A stretch of 64,000 nucleotides of DNA from Blastocladiella emersonii ATCC 22665 (lineage: Eukaryota; Fungi; Blastocladiomycota). Below, one piece after another: positions 10,639 through 22,302 of this stretch. The translations under genes were made by a program, and so were the position numbers. Within the stretch, counting starts at the first letter, position 1. Each line of letters starts with the position of its first letter. A model generated the notes under the pieces. It did not search any database and had not been told where the DNA came from. It was given only the letters and a program-made list of their open reading frames with translations. The stretch spans positions 124,001-188,000 of the forward strand of contig JANHCV010000014.1 of assembly GCA_025594325.1 (NCBI GenBank), read 5' to 3'.

Positions 10639-13600
10639 ATGTCGCGGGTCCGTCCACTCCCCATGCATCAACACCCTTGCGCGCGCGCACCATGAACTGA
10701 CTGGCGCGGATCGCGACAAGCAGGACATTCGCAGCTTCTTTGCCCGGATCCCCAAGAACCCGGGGTCGACGCCGGCTCCTGCGCCGGGCGCCGCGTCGTC
10801 CTCGAGCGCGACGCCGGCGGCTGAAGAGGTATGCGTCACACCGGACGCGACCCGTCACTTCGTTCGCGCGCTCACGCTGTCCCGCTCGCTCGACACGTGT
10901 AGCCCAAGCGCAAGCGCGCGCCGCGCCCGCGCGTCGTGTCGTCGGATGACGATGACGACGACTTTCTGCCGACCGCGAAACCCACGCCGCCACCGCGGCT
11001 CAATAAGACGACGTACGCGCGCGCACGCGTTGCCGCCTTTCCCCTCGACTCACTTCTCCCCCGACCGTGTAGCCCGCCTGCGGCCAAGAAGGCACGCACC
11101 GCCGCCACCTCATCGGCCGCCGTGAAGCCCGTCTCGGCGTCGAGCTACTTTGCGTCGGTCCCGACCAAGAAGCCCGCGGGCAAGTCGGCTTCAGCTTCGT
11201 CAAGCGCTGCCACGTCGCCCGTCGTCGGCAAGCCGGCGGCCGAGGTCGTCACGATCGACGACGACGAGATGGACGTGGACGACGCGTCGTCGACGGCCGC
11301 GGTCGTTGGCGCGCCGAGCTCCGCTCCTGCTGCACCCGCACCCGCTAAGCCAGCCGCTGCCGCTAAGACTGCGCCCACATCCTCCTCGCCCGCGACCGAC
11401 CGCCCGCGCCGCAGCACGCGCAGCGCGACGGTCACGCCGACCCCGCGCACGCTCGCCGCGACATCCTCCTCCTCCGACTCGGACACGGACGGGAGCGAGT
11501 TTGCCGGCGACGACGACAAGGGTGCGGCTGCCGAGGACGACGAGGACGACGACGAGGACGCGTACGCCGAGGAGGAGGAGGAGGAGCCCGTCAAGCCCGC
11601 GCCGAAGCGCGCGCGCGTCTCCGCCGCTGCCGCCAAGAAGGCGGCTGCCGCGGCGGCCGCCCCGCTCATCATCACGCCGAACCCGCCCAAGGCGCGTGCC
11701 GTTAAGAAGGAGGAGCCCGAGGCGCCGCCCGCGGTCAAGAAGGAGCCTGCCCGCAAGACGCCCGTTAAGGCCAAGGCCAAGGTCAAGGCCGAGGTCGTCG
11801 ACGACGACGAGGACGGCGAGAGCGAGGAGGAGATGGCGGTCGGGCGCAAGAAGAAGCCCGCGGCGGCCAAGGCCAAGCCCGCCGCCGCCGCTGCTGCCGT
11901 CAAGACCGAGGAAGGCGGCGGCGAGGGCGAGAAGCCCATGTCCAACTACCAAAAATTCCTCAAGCGCAAGGCCGAGCAGACGGGCCCCAAGGCGCCCGGG
12001 TCCAAGGAGATCCCCGTGGGCCAGCCCAACTGCCTGCACGGGCTCACGTTCGTGACGTCGGGCGACCCCGAGTCGCAGACGCGCGCCGAGCTCGAGGCGC
12101 TGATCAAGCGGTATGGCGGGCGCGTGACGGGCAGCGTTTCGGGCAAGACCGACTACCTGGTGGTCGGCGACAACGCGGGCGAGTCCAAGTCGGCCAAGGC
12201 GCGCGAGCTCGGGACCAATATCACGGACGAGGACGGCGTGCTCGACCTGATCCGCACCCGCGGCGCGGTCTCGGAGGCCGCCATGGAGAAGACCAAGACC
12301 AAGGCGCAGGTGCAGCGCGAGGCCAAGCTGGCGGCCATCGACGAGGCGCAGGCCGAGCGCGGCGACGCCACGGCGCTGTGGACCGACAAGTACAAGCCGA
12401 CCAAGGCGTCCGAGATTGTCGGCAACAAGTCGCACCTCGACAAGCTGCTCAAGTGGCTCAAGGGGTTCGAGGCGGCGCGCAAGGGCAAGTTCCGGTTCAC
12501 GGGCGAGCAGAACTTTACGCACTACCGCGCGGCGCTGCTCAGCGGGCCGCCGGGCGTCGGCAAGACGACCAGCGCGCACGTGGTGGCGCGCGAGGCCGGG
12601 TACCACGTCATCGAGTTCAACGCGTCGGACATGCGCAGCAAGAAGTCGCTCGACGAGGTGGCGGCGCAGCTCCTGCACAACCGCACGCTGTTCGGGTACT
12701 CTGCGGCGCAGATGGGCGCGGGCGGCGACGCGGGGAAACCGCACGTGGTGGTCATGGACGAGGTGGACGGCATGTCGACGTCGGACCGCGGCGGGCTCGC
12801 CGAGCTCGCGGTGCTGCTGCGCAAGTCGCGGGTGCCCGTGATCTGCATCTGCAACGACCGGTCGAACCCGAAGCTGCGCACGCTCGCGGGATTGTGCCTC
12901 GACCTCAAGTACCGCAAGCCCGAGGTCGGCAACGTGCGCACGCGGCTGCTCACCATCTGCCAGCGCGAGGGCCTGCAGGCGCCGCCGGCGGCGCTCGACG
13001 CGCTCATCGAGTCGACGCAGTGCGACATTCGGCAGACGATCCACCTGCTGTCGACGTACCGGCTCAAGGCGATGCAGATGGGCTACGACGCGGCGCGCGC
13101 GCTCGGCGCGGCCAGCGAAAAGGACGTGGCGGTCGGCATCTTTGACGCGACGCGGTGCCTGCTGCAGCCCGGGTCGGTCAAGCGGGCGACGGTCGGGCAG
13201 CTCATGGAGCACTATTTCGCCGACTTTGACATGGTGCCGCTCATGATGCAGGAGAACTACGTCAAGTCCCGTCCCGCGGCGGACCCGGTCGAGGCGATTG
13301 CGCGGCTCGCGGACGCGGCGAGTGACATGGCGACGGGCGACGTGATCAACACGGTGGTGCGCACGCAGCAGCAGTGGACGCTGCTCAACGCGCACGGCAT
13401 CTTCTCGACGGTCGCCCCCGCGTTCGCGGTGGCGGGCGGCGACACGGCGGGCGGGTCGGCGGGCATGTACGGGTTCACGTCGGCGCTCGGCAACATGTCC
13501 AAGGCGGCCAAGGGGCAGCGCGTCCTCGCGGCGCTCGACCACCGCGTGTCGCGCGCGTTCGCCGGCGCGAGCGCGGGCCGTACGGGTGCGCGGCTCGACT

Positions 13601-13948
13601 ACCTCCCCGCCCTCACGCGGATCCTGTACCACGGGTTCCAGGGCGGCGACCACGAGCCGGTCATGGCGACCATGGACGCGTACTACCTCGGGCGCGACGA
13701 CTTTGACGAGCTGCTCGGGATGCGCGTCGGGGCCGAGTCGGGCGAGGCGCTGCTCAAGGCGGTGCCGCCCAAGGTCAAGGCCGCGTTCACGCGCGCGTAC
13801 AATGCGCGCGACCACCCAGTGCTCACGGTCGCGGTGCCCGGCGGCAAGCGCGGGCGCGGTGCTGCGTCGGCGGGTGCAACGGAGGAGGGCGAGCCCGACG
13901 TGGACGGGTACGAGGCGGCGGACCACGGAGAAGGCGACGAGGCCGAGG

Positions 13949-13979
<31 letters not shown>

Positions 13980-14073
13980 GGACCCCGAGGCGCTCCGCGC
14001 GGCGCTCGCCAAGCAGGCCAAGGCCAAGGGCGGCGCGGGCGCCAAGGGCAAGGGGCGCGGGCGAGGCAAGTAG
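10639..14073 (+). CDS. RFC1: Replication factor C subunit 1, join(10639..10647,10724..10828,10903..11012,11073..14073), about 1074 aa
   Basis: MSR-DIRSFF start after splicing, BRCT domain (GGRVTGSVSGKTDYLVVG), LWTDKYKP, Walker A GPPGVGKT, Walker B MDEVDGMS, ICICND. Three canonical introns keep the frame. Confidence 0.96.
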
Positions 14074-14427
14074 CAGTAGTTGTCGAGCGAGTGAATAGTG
14101 AGCGAGTTTTGTTCGCGTGGGTGTGGGGCGTGGGGTGGCACAGCAGGCGCTGCGGCTTCCGGCTGCGCCCATCGGCGCGGCGTGTGTTCCCGTCCGATCG
14201 CGGTCGCTGCGGCGCACGTGCGGCGCGACGGCCGTGGCGGGGCGCCTCAGCCCGTTGTTCTCATTCCCCGAGACATCGCCTCAGCTATCATCCATCTCTC
14301 ACCGTCCCAACTGATCCCGCGTCAGTCTCGGCCCCCACAAGGCCGCCCACCACTGCATGCATTCGCCCGCCTGAGGCCTCGTCTCTCGCCTCCCGCTACC
14401 ATCGTTCGAGCGAGCCCGCTACCGCTC

Positions 14428-16944
14428 ATGGCGCCCACCGACGTCGCCGCCAACGGCCACGCGGCCGCCGCGCCTGCACCCGCACCCGCGCCGCCACCTG
14501 CCCCTGCCTCTTCTGCCGCGGTTGCCCAGCCGCCATCACAGCAGCAGCAGGCGGATCGCTCGCGCAAACGCGTCCGCACCATCTCCGACGCCGCCATGGA
14601 GCACCGCGCGCCGCCGCCCGCGCTCCGGACCGCTGCCAACGCGCCGCCCGTGCCCGCCATCCCCGCCGCGATTGCTGCTGTGCACCCGCACGCGACGACG
14701 ACGACGATGCGCGGGGTCCCGCTGCCATACCCTCCACCGTCTGTCGCTTCAGTCCCACAACAACCGCTGGCTGCTGCACCAGTACCGCAACCGCACCCAG
14801 CAGCAGCAACGCCGGCACCAAAACCCGCCGCCGCCGCCGCCGTGCCACCACCACCGCCACCCGCTGCCGCAGCGCACACCGGCCCCGCGTGGTTCGCGCC
14901 GGAACGCCCGCCGCCCGCCGACTGGTCGCCGACCGTCCTGATCCCACTCCCCTTCTCGCCCGCGCTCGTGTCGTCGTCGCGCACACTAGCGTCGGCGTCG
15001 CGCGCGCTGGCCGCCGCGACCGCGACGAGCCACCACCACCTCCCGCCGCAGAACCACCTCGACTGCCTGCACCTGCGCGTGTGCGGGTACGCCGCGGCGT
15101 CGCACGCGTCGGCCGCCGCGACGACAACGGGCGGGACCGTCCCCTCGGCGCTGCGCGTCGCGGCGCGCGTCGAGCTCGTGTCGCTCCTCCCGCGCAGCGT
15201 GTGCGCCGCGCTGCACGCGCACGGGGTCCTGCCCGCGATCCAGTTCGATATCCTGGGCAGTGTTCCGCCGGGCGAGCGCCCGCGGCCGCGCGTGCCGAGC
15301 CGGATCCCGCTTGTCGAGGAGATGAAGCACCTGCGCAAGTCCGCGTTTATCCCGCTCGCGTGCATCGTGCCCGGCGGCGAGCCGTGGGAGCTCCACCTCA
15401 AGGTGAACGCGACGGGCCACCAGCTCGACGGGTACCTCGTCCCGACGGCGCGCATGCACGCGATCCTCGAGGAGGCCGGGCTCGCGCTCCTCCGCGCGCG
15501 CAGGCTGCCGCTCGTGCTCGACCTCGACGATACCGTCGTCCGCGTCGCGCTCACGCCCGGCGATCTTGCGGCGGCGACCTCGGCGCAGGCGCAGGCGCAG
15601 GCGGCACCGCCGCCGGGTACCGCGCCACCGCCGCGGCCCAACGACCCACGCGCACACCGGCTGCCGTGCGGGAAACACGTGCTCGTGGCGTCGGACGCGC
15701 CGCGGTTCCTCGACTGGGCCCGCGACAAGTTCGAGGTGTCCGTGTGCTCGCTCGGCGAGCAGCTGTACGTCGGCCAGGTGTGCGCGCTGCTCGACCCTCC
15801 CGCCCCACCCTCTCCCTCCTCCCCACCACCCCCACCGCGCATCCCCGGCCCGCGGTTCTCGGCGCGGCAAGAGTACAACTGGGTGTCCAAGTACGGCCAG
15901 GACCGCGCCGCCGTGCTGCGCAAGCCCGTCAAGTCGCTCGCCGCCATGTACCCGTTCGCGGCGCCGCACCCGTGGCACCCCGAGGGCGCGGTCGTCGCGG
16001 TCCCGCCCGTCGTCGGCGAGGTCCGCAACTGGGACGCCGAGCTCAACGTGCACGACGGGGATGTCGAGATGGCCGACGTTTCAGCGGTGCCCGGTGCGGC
16101 GGAAAGGACGGGGAGCGCGGATAGCGCGTCGTCATCGTCCGGGTCGAGTTCCGCGTCGTCGCTTCCTTCAGCAGCGGCAGGACAACGGCGCCGCGCGTCC
16201 GTCGCCTCAGCGCACCAGCACCAGCACCAGCACCAGCACCGTTCCTCCCTCGCGCCGCCGCCGCCCGCCGTCGGGTGGGAAGTCGTGATCCGCTCCCCGT
16301 GCGCGCCCGAACTCCGCACCGTGTCGGCGGTCCTGCGCACGCTGACGTCGCGCGCGGCGCGCGGGTTCGCGCTGCCGCTGATCCTCGAGGACCAGTACCG
16401 CCCGTGGCCCGCGAGCCACCACGACAACATCATCCTCGTCGACCGCACACGGGTCGATTCCGCGTCCACCCCCGCGGCGGGACCGTGGGACGTGTCCCTG
16501 TTCCCCGTCGTCGCCTCCCTCCTCGACCGCGTCCACGCGGGCTACTTCCGCAAGCTCGACGACTGGCACCGCCAGTGCGACGCGCTGCTGCGCGCGGTCG
16601 CGGGGCACGCGGGCGTGTTGCCGGTCGGCGCCGCGGTGCCCGTCCCGCCGCCGCCGTCGGTCGTCATGTGCTACAAGCAGCTGCTCAAGGAGGTGGTGCG
16701 CAGCCAGATCGCCATGGGGACCGCGTTCACGGTGCCCGGGTTCTGGGACGGCGGCGCGCCGCCGCCGGTTCCGGTGCCCGTGGTGCCCGTACAGCAGCAG
16801 GCGATGCAGATGCAGGTGGCGGCGAACGGGTTACCCCCGCTCCCGCCGCTCCCGCCCGCGCCGGCGCCTGTCGTCGTGCATCGGCAGCAGCAGCGCGAGG
16901 GAGAGGAGGAGCAGCAGCAGCAGCAGGCGGTTGCGTCGAGATAG
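14428..16944 (+). CDS. FCP1/SCP-like HAD phosphatase resembling plant CPL1/CPL2 RNA Pol II CTD phosphatases, 838 aa
   Basis: Motifs LPLVLDLDDTVV (DxDxT), KFEVSVCSLGEQLYVGQVCALLDP and LILEDQYRPW. The upstream block KSAFIPL..GEPWELHL resembles my recollection of the CPL1/2 N-terminal block. Confidence 0.7.
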   Translation: MAPTDVAANGHAAAAPAPAPAPPPAPASSAAVAQPPSQQQQADRSRKRVRTISDAAMEHRAPPPALRTAANAPPVPAIPAAIAAVHPHATTTTMRGVPLPYPPPSVASVPQQPLAAAPVPQPHPAAATPAPKPAAAAAVPPPPPPAAAAHTGPAWFAPERPPPADWSPTVLIPLPFSPALVSSSRTLASASRALAAATATSHHHLPPQNHLDCLHLRVCGYAAASHASAAATTTGGTVPSALRVAARVELVSLLPRSVCAALHAHGVLPAIQFDILGSVPPGERPRPRVPSRIPLVEEMKHLRKSAFIPLACIVPGGEPWELHLKVNATGHQLDGYLVPTARMHAILEEAGLALLRARRLPLVLDLDDTVVRVALTPGDLAAATSAQAQAQAAPPPGTAPPPRPNDPRAHRLPCGKHVLVASDAPRFLDWARDKFEVSVCSLGEQLYVGQVCALLDPPAPPSPSSPPPPPRIPGPRFSARQEYNWVSKYGQDRAAVLRKPVKSLAAMYPFAAPHPWHPEGAVVAVPPVVGEVRNWDAELNVHDGDVEMADVSAVPGAAERTGSADSASSSSGSSSASSLPSAAAGQRRRASVASAHQHQHQHQHRSSLAPPPPAVGWEVVIRSPCAPELRTVSAVLRTLTSRAARGFALPLILEDQYRPWPASHHDNIILVDRTRVDSASTPAAGPWDVSLFPVVASLLDRVHAGYFRKLDDWHRQCDALLRAVAGHAGVLPVGAAVPVPPPPSVVMCYKQLLKEVVRSQIAMGTAFTVPGFWDGGAPPPVPVPVVPVQQQAMQMQVAANGLPPLPPLPPAPAPVVVHRQQQREGEEEQQQQQAVASR

Positions 16945-17024
16945 CACTTAATACACACGCACGCACGCATATGGATCAAAACCGGGTCGAGTCTATTAAT
17001 TAGGTGATCTATGATCTAGCTGGG

Positions 17025-17969
17025 TCAGGCGAGCGACGCGTCGCGGACGAGCCGCGCGCCCGACGCCGAGTGGTGCATGGACGCGAGCGCGATGCCCGAC
17101 TCGCCGTTGGCGTCGGACCCGCCCCGGACCATCGACATCATCATCAGCGGCGGCGCGGCGTCGCCCTGGGTCTTGGCGTACTGGTCGGCGAGGTACACGG
17201 CGTCGGGGAGACTGAGCTCGCGGCCCTCCGTCCACCGGTCGCGCGCGGCGAGGAGCACCTTGACGGCGCCAAACGCCACGACGAACAGCAGCGGGACGCC
17301 CGGGTACGCGAACTTGGCGACCTTGGACTGCGGGTCGAGGAACGCGTACACCCACTCGTCGGCGATGGCGTGGTACAGGTGCGCCCAGCCCGTGTACAGG
17401 GCGATGCAGACGAAGATGGGCGCGAGCGCCCACGCGCGGACGTGCATGGTCCCGCACACGGCGTCGGCGAGGATCATGACCAGGCTGACGCCGTGCATCG
17501 ACGCCGAGACCGTGCGGCCCGCGGCGCTCGTCGACTTGGTGAAGCTGTCGCGCAGCAGCAGCCAGTACACGATGGTCACGATAAAGTGCGCGACCACGTT
17601 GTAGGAGAACAGGAACGCGTGCACGACCGCGACGCCGCGCGGGACCACGTACACGGGGCGCGACGGGATCCACCGTGCGGCGCGCCACGACAGGTACAGG
17701 GTCAGGGAGAGGTAGCCCGTGAGCGAGATAAAGCTCAGGTGCGTCAGGTAGAAGAAGAAGCCAAAGTCCTGCACGGTCCCGTCGTGTTTGATGAACCACC
17801 GCGCCATGCCCAGGGTCAGGATCGCGGCGCAGAAGACGAGCGAGACGCAGCGTTGGGCGAGCAGGTACCGCGCGCTCACGGTCCGCGAGCCCAGCGCGCA
17901 ATGCGGGTACGTCAGGCCCGCCGTGATGCGCGTGCCGAGCGAGGAGAGCGCGGTGCCGATGCGGCCCAT
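17025..17969 (-). CDS. FAR-17a/AIG1-like (rolling-stone-like) multi-pass membrane protein, 314 aa
   Basis: About six TM segments with FFYLTHLSF (Thr), SMHGVSL (His) and WVYAFLD motifs. Confidence 0.7.
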   Translation of the reverse strand: MGRIGTALSSLGTRITAGLTYPHCALGSRTVSARYLLAQRCVSLVFCAAILTLGMARWFIKHDGTVQDFGFFFYLTHLSFISLTGYLSLTLYLSWRAARWIPSRPVYVVPRGVAVVHAFLFSYNVVAHFIVTIVYWLLLRDSFTKSTSAAGRTVSASMHGVSLVMILADAVCGTMHVRAWALAPIFVCIALYTGWAHLYHAIADEWVYAFLDPQSKVAKFAYPGVPLLFVVAFGAVKVLLAARDRWTEGRELSLPDAVYLADQYAKTQGDAAPPLMMMSMVRGGSDANGESGIALASMHHSASGARLVRDASLA

Positions 17970-18695
17970 GGTTGGTGTCGATGCGTTGCTGTGCGGTTAC
18001 TTGCGAGGATGAGGGAGAGAGCGTCGTTGCATGTGCTTCGTTCTATTCTTCTACTGTCCCGAGTCAAGGGCAGGCGGGAGGGAGAGAGCACCAGGTCGCG
18101 CGATGCGACGCGCTGCGGTAGCCCGCCCGTTTCCCATCGCCACCGCTCCGTCGCCGCCGCCGCCGACCGCCGCCCGCCGCCCGCCGCCCTCCCCCTGTCG
18201 CGCGATTGGAACGGCACCGCTCTAACCGATGCCCTACGGCCCACGCGGGCGCCGATTTCGACGTATACATACCGCCCGCCACGGATGCTTACGAATGGCC
18301 CGAGCTTAAGGACCAGACGCGTGCCGGCGCGGCCGCGGACGCGTCCCTGCGGTGCGAGACACGCGACGCCGTCACATGATAACGCGACGCGTCTCGCGCC
18401 CGCCCTCTCGCTTGCTCGCTGCCCCTTGCGGCGTTGACCTGAGTGACAGGTTTTTCCGCAAGCGTGAGTCGATGAGCGGACGAACGTGAAACGAAGCGTG
18501 CACCCAGGGACCGTGCCGCGCTGCCCCGCGCGCACACCGGCTCGCGTGCGAGTCCCAGGGGCTCCGCCGCCCGTTTCGAGTCAAGTGCGTCGCCCCGCCG
18601 CCGCCACAAGGACAAGCGGCCGCCGCGGGGGGTATAAAGGCGGTGGGCCGCCCGCGCCGCGGCTCTCGCTCCCACACCATCCGCACATCAACACC

Positions 18696-19376
18696 ATGTC
18701 GTCCGCTCCCGAGGTCACCGTCGCCCCCGTCGCTGCCGCTGCCCCGGCCCCGGCCGCTGTCGCCGCGACGACGACCACGACCACGACCACGACCACCAAG
18801 CCCGCCAAGGCCGCCGACCTCGTCCGCGACAAGGACGTCAAGCACCTGTGCTGCGGGTGCATGGAGATCCGCCGCGGCGTGATCACGCTGCTCGTGGTGT
18901 CGATCGTGATGAACGCGCTGGCCGCGATCCTGATGCTCGTGGCCCTGTCGTTCGCCAAGAGCTCGGCGCGCGCCGCGCACGAGACCACCTCGTCCTTCAC
19001 GTTCCGGTCGTCCAACGGCACCGTGCAGACGCTGCCCGACCACTCGGACGACGCCCTCAACGCCATCGTCGACACGGCCGTCACCATCATCTACGTCGCC
19101 CTCGGCGTCACGGCCGTCCAGATCCTGTTCACGGCGTGGGGCCTCTCGACCGTCATCCAGCGCAAGGTCGCCAACTTCAAGACCTTCACTATCATCAACA
19201 TCGTGCTCCTCATCGTCTCGGCCGCCGTCACGCTGTTTTCGGGCAACTTCTCGAGTATCCTCAGTATCGCGCTCCAGGCCTACTTTGCCTACGTCTTCTT
19301 CTCGTACGTCGACACCATGCGCGCCGAGAAGGAGGCCCTCAAGGAGATCGAGCTCAAGGCCACGAGCAACGCGTAA
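18696..19376 (+). CDS. LAPTM-like tetraspan membrane protein, copy 1 (226 aa)
   Basis: ADLVRDKDVKHLCCGCMEIRRGV, four TM helices, C-terminal YFAYVFFSYVDTMRAEKEAL. TATA-like GTATAAA lies at about 18632. Confidence 0.8.
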   Translation: MSSAPEVTVAPVAAAAPAPAAVAATTTTTTTTTTKPAKAADLVRDKDVKHLCCGCMEIRRGVITLLVVSIVMNALAAILMLVALSFAKSSARAAHETTSSFTFRSSNGTVQTLPDHSDDALNAIVDTAVTIIYVALGVTAVQILFTAWGLSTVIQRKVANFKTFTIINIVLLIVSAAVTLFSGNFSSILSIALQAYFAYVFFSYVDTMRAEKEALKEIELKATSNA

Positions 19377-19755
19377 CCGTGCGAGTTGGTGGAGGGATAG
19401 AGTGTGCATACATATAGACGGCAGTTTTGTTTGATCCACCAGATCTGTCTCCCCAGGGTCGCGCCGCGAGCCCGCTCGAGTCACTACGGCGATGTTCGCC
19501 CGAGATTCACCTGATGGTTCGCATCCAGACCATTCCATCGGGCCAGCATGGTCCAGCATCGTGAAACCTCATGTCCGCATCGCGAGAGAGGTCCCTGTAC
19601 GCTTGATTTCTTGCTGGGCGAGCACCCTCCCCGCGCCACGCAGGCACCACGCCTGTTTCGAGTTGACCGGGTGCGCGCCGCGCCGCCGCCACTGCAAAAC
19701 TCGTGGCCGCCGCGCCTTCTTCTCTCTCTCCCTCAGCATCAACTAGCACTTAATC

Positions 19756-20430
19756 ATGTCATCAACTACGCCCGTCGCCGAAATCACCGCTGTCGCCCCC
19801 GCTGCCGCAGCGCCAGCCGCACCGACCACCACGCGCCCGCGCAAGATCAAGTCATCCGACCTGGTCCGCGACAAGGACGTCAAGCACCAGTGCTGCGGGT
19901 GCATGGAGATCCGCCGCGGTGTGCTCGCGCTGCAGATCACCTCGATCGTGCTGTGTGTGATCCAGGTCGGTATCCTCCTCGTCGGCCTCGCCATGGCCAA
20001 GGTCGCCTCGGCCATCACGCGGGACTCGACCATCTGGACCACGCCCGACGGCTCCGTGCAGACGACGATGCCCGGCGCCGGCATGCCGCACGGCGGCGGC
20101 GGCGGCGAGACGGTCAACGCGGTCGTCGACATGGCCGTCACCATCATCTACATCGTGTGCGGGATCACGCTCGCGCAGGCCGTCGTCACGGTCTGGGGTA
20201 TCGTCAGCGTCGTGAACCGCAACGTCGCGCACTTCAAAGTCTTTGCTATCATCAACGTGGTCGTGCTCGTCGTCAACGCGGCGGCCACGGTCTTCGCGGG
20301 CGGGTGGCCGTACCTCGCGATCCTCCTCCTCGACGCGTACTTTGCCTACGTCTACTTCCAGTACGTCGACACGATGCGCGCGGAGAAGGAGGCGCTTGAG
20401 GCGCTCGGGATCAAGGGGAACGCTGTGTAG
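19756..20430 (+). CDS. LAPTM-like tetraspan membrane protein, copy 2 (224 aa)
   Basis: Same DLVRDKDVKHQCCGCMEIRRGV and YVDTMRAEKEAL blocks; four TM. Confidence 0.8.
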   Translation: MSSTTPVAEITAVAPAAAAPAAPTTTRPRKIKSSDLVRDKDVKHQCCGCMEIRRGVLALQITSIVLCVIQVGILLVGLAMAKVASAITRDSTIWTTPDGSVQTTMPGAGMPHGGGGGETVNAVVDMAVTIIYIVCGITLAQAVVTVWGIVSVVNRNVAHFKVFAIINVVVLVVNAAATVFAGGWPYLAILLLDAYFAYVYFQYVDTMRAEKEALEALGIKGNAV

Positions 20431-20735
20431 TTGTGGTGAGGAAGCGAGACGTAGATAAATAGACGCGGAACACAGTTCAATGCAACCAGTTGGCGAGCGA
20501 TGGAACCATTCAGCGCGCGCGGCACTTCAGGAAACGGGGAGATTGCGAGCTCGGTCCAGAACGAGCGAGATCGTTTGATATTGCGCGACGTTCGTGACCC
20601 CCGCTCAGCCAGCGCGCGTCTCGAACTCGCGCAATGTCAAGCGAGCTCACACGATCTCGACAGCCGACGCCGGCCGACATCGTTCAACCACGCGTGGCAC
20701 GCAGCACGCGAAAGTGAGGCTTGCCTTGATCAGAT

Positions 20736-20768
20736 GCGAGACATCACATGATTGATCGACGCGTCGCG
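20736..20768 (+). promoter_or_regulatory. Recurrent intergenic motif TCACATGAT-N(2-4)-(C)GACGCGTC
   Basis: Near-identical copies at 20736-20768, 21919-21952 and 28786-28806 (reverse). Variants at 2256-2278 and 18372-18393; core only at 5220-5228. All lie upstream of a predicted gene start. Confidence 0.55.
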
Positions 20769-21251
20769 GCTCGGCGCCGCCGCAGCGCGCTTCGCACTCC
20801 CTTGTCCTTCAACGCCCGTTGACTCACGGCTGTCGCGTCTCTTCAATGGACCTGCGCGCGTCCGTCGCGTTTGCCGCGCCCCGACGCCAGTGCTGCATGC
20901 GAGCCGCATGGGGCGCTTACGTGACGCGCCCCGGGCCTCGCTGGCGAAGCGATGCATAAAATGTGCAAGGTTAGCCTCGCGCCGTATCACACAGGTCGAT
21001 CAACAAGTGTTTGTTGCAACGGAGGCGACAGGGCATGTGAAGTGCGGCACGCGCCCCGCCCAGGGAGTGCGCCCGCGTCTCAGCATCGGTCCGCTGTCTA
21101 ACTTCCAGGTGATCCGCCCGCTTCTAGAAAACACTCGCTGCCTTGTCCTCGCCGCCACAATCCGAACAGGCTCGCGCAAAAGTATCAATCTGGGACCGGT
21201 CGCCTCGCGTTTCTCGCCCCGCGTCACGTCAACCAACAAAGCACTTGTACC

Positions 21252-21788
21252 ATGTCAACTACTCCCAAGCCCACCACGTCGACGTCGGCGCGTGCCGCCA
21301 AGCACGTCAAGTCTGCCGACCTCGTCCGCGACAAGAACGTCAAGCGCCTGTGCTGCGGGTGCATGGAGATCCGCCGCGGCGTGATCGCGCTGCTCGTCCT
21401 CACGCTCGTGTTCGGCGCCATCCTTGCGGCTCTCACGTTCGCCGACGGGCCGTATTTCCTGCGTGTGCGCGACGAGTTGGGCTCCAACACGCCCAAGTTC
21501 TACATTCACGCCACAATCATGGTCGTCCAGCTCGTGCTCGCCGTGTGGGGTCTCTTCGCCGTCCTGATGCGCGAGGTCGGCCAGTACAAGATCTTCGCCA
21601 TCGCTAACATTGTGCTCGTCGTCATCGGCGTTGTCGACACGATCGTCTTTGGCGACTGGTCAAATGCGGCTGGCGTCGCGTCTTTCGAGCTTATCCTGAC
21701 CAGTATCATCAATGGCTACTTCGCTTACGTCTTCTACTCGTACATTGCCACGATGCGCGCCGAGAAGGAGGCGCTAGAGGCGATTTAG
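21252..21788 (+). CDS. LAPTM-like tetraspan membrane protein, copy 3 (178 aa, short loop)
   Basis: ADLVRDKNVKRLCCGCMEIRRGV ... YFAYVFYSYIATMRAEKEAL. Confidence 0.8.
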   Translation: MSTTPKPTTSTSARAAKHVKSADLVRDKNVKRLCCGCMEIRRGVIALLVLTLVFGAILAALTFADGPYFLRVRDELGSNTPKFYIHATIMVVQLVLAVWGLFAVLMREVGQYKIFAIANIVLVVIGVVDTIVFGDWSNAAGVASFELILTSIINGYFAYVFYSYIATMRAEKEALEAI

Positions 21789-22302
21789 GTCTCGAGTAAC
21801 GCGTGACCTTGTTGTTATGTCGGTCGAGATGAATGACGGAGAATCAATGATATACCAGCAGTTTCATTCTAAATTCTCCGTCGGGGCCGTGATGGCGCGA
21901 ACTTGAGTCTTGAGCGCCGCGAGACAATCACATGATTGATTGACGCGTCGCGTTTCGCGTGTCCAAGCTGTCAGCGAACGCGCAGGTCAGACCTGAGCGC
22001 GCGCATCGCGCCTTGTCCCTCGCTCGCAACGCCAGGTCATGCAACTTCTGTGTTCAGGGCAGCGCTTCGATTCATGCAGCTCGCTCGCACGCACAGCGGG
22101 AAAACGCGGGTCCGCGTGCATAACGGTGGCCGCGCAGAGAGTGCACCGCGCGGGCTGCGCGCCGCCACCGCCACAGCAGAGAGCGTCGCCTCACGACTCG
22201 GCTCGACTCGCACAGCAAAAGGTACAAAAAGGATCGCGGCGCTCCCGCGGACTCTCGCTCTCCGTACCTCCCTCGCCCTTCACGTACACGCAACGTTACG
22301 CC

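Noticed and set aside
11200-14217. 1005 aa antisense ORF over RFC1, and similar long ORFs at 2471-3676, 2635-4245, 14322-16469, 38555-39814 and 52995-54254
   Set aside because: Shadow frames of GC3-rich genes; Arg/Gly/Ala-rich with no motifs.
16213-16240. (CACCAG)n repeat
   Set aside because: Ordinary coding low-complexity sequence (HQHQHQH) in the phosphatase.
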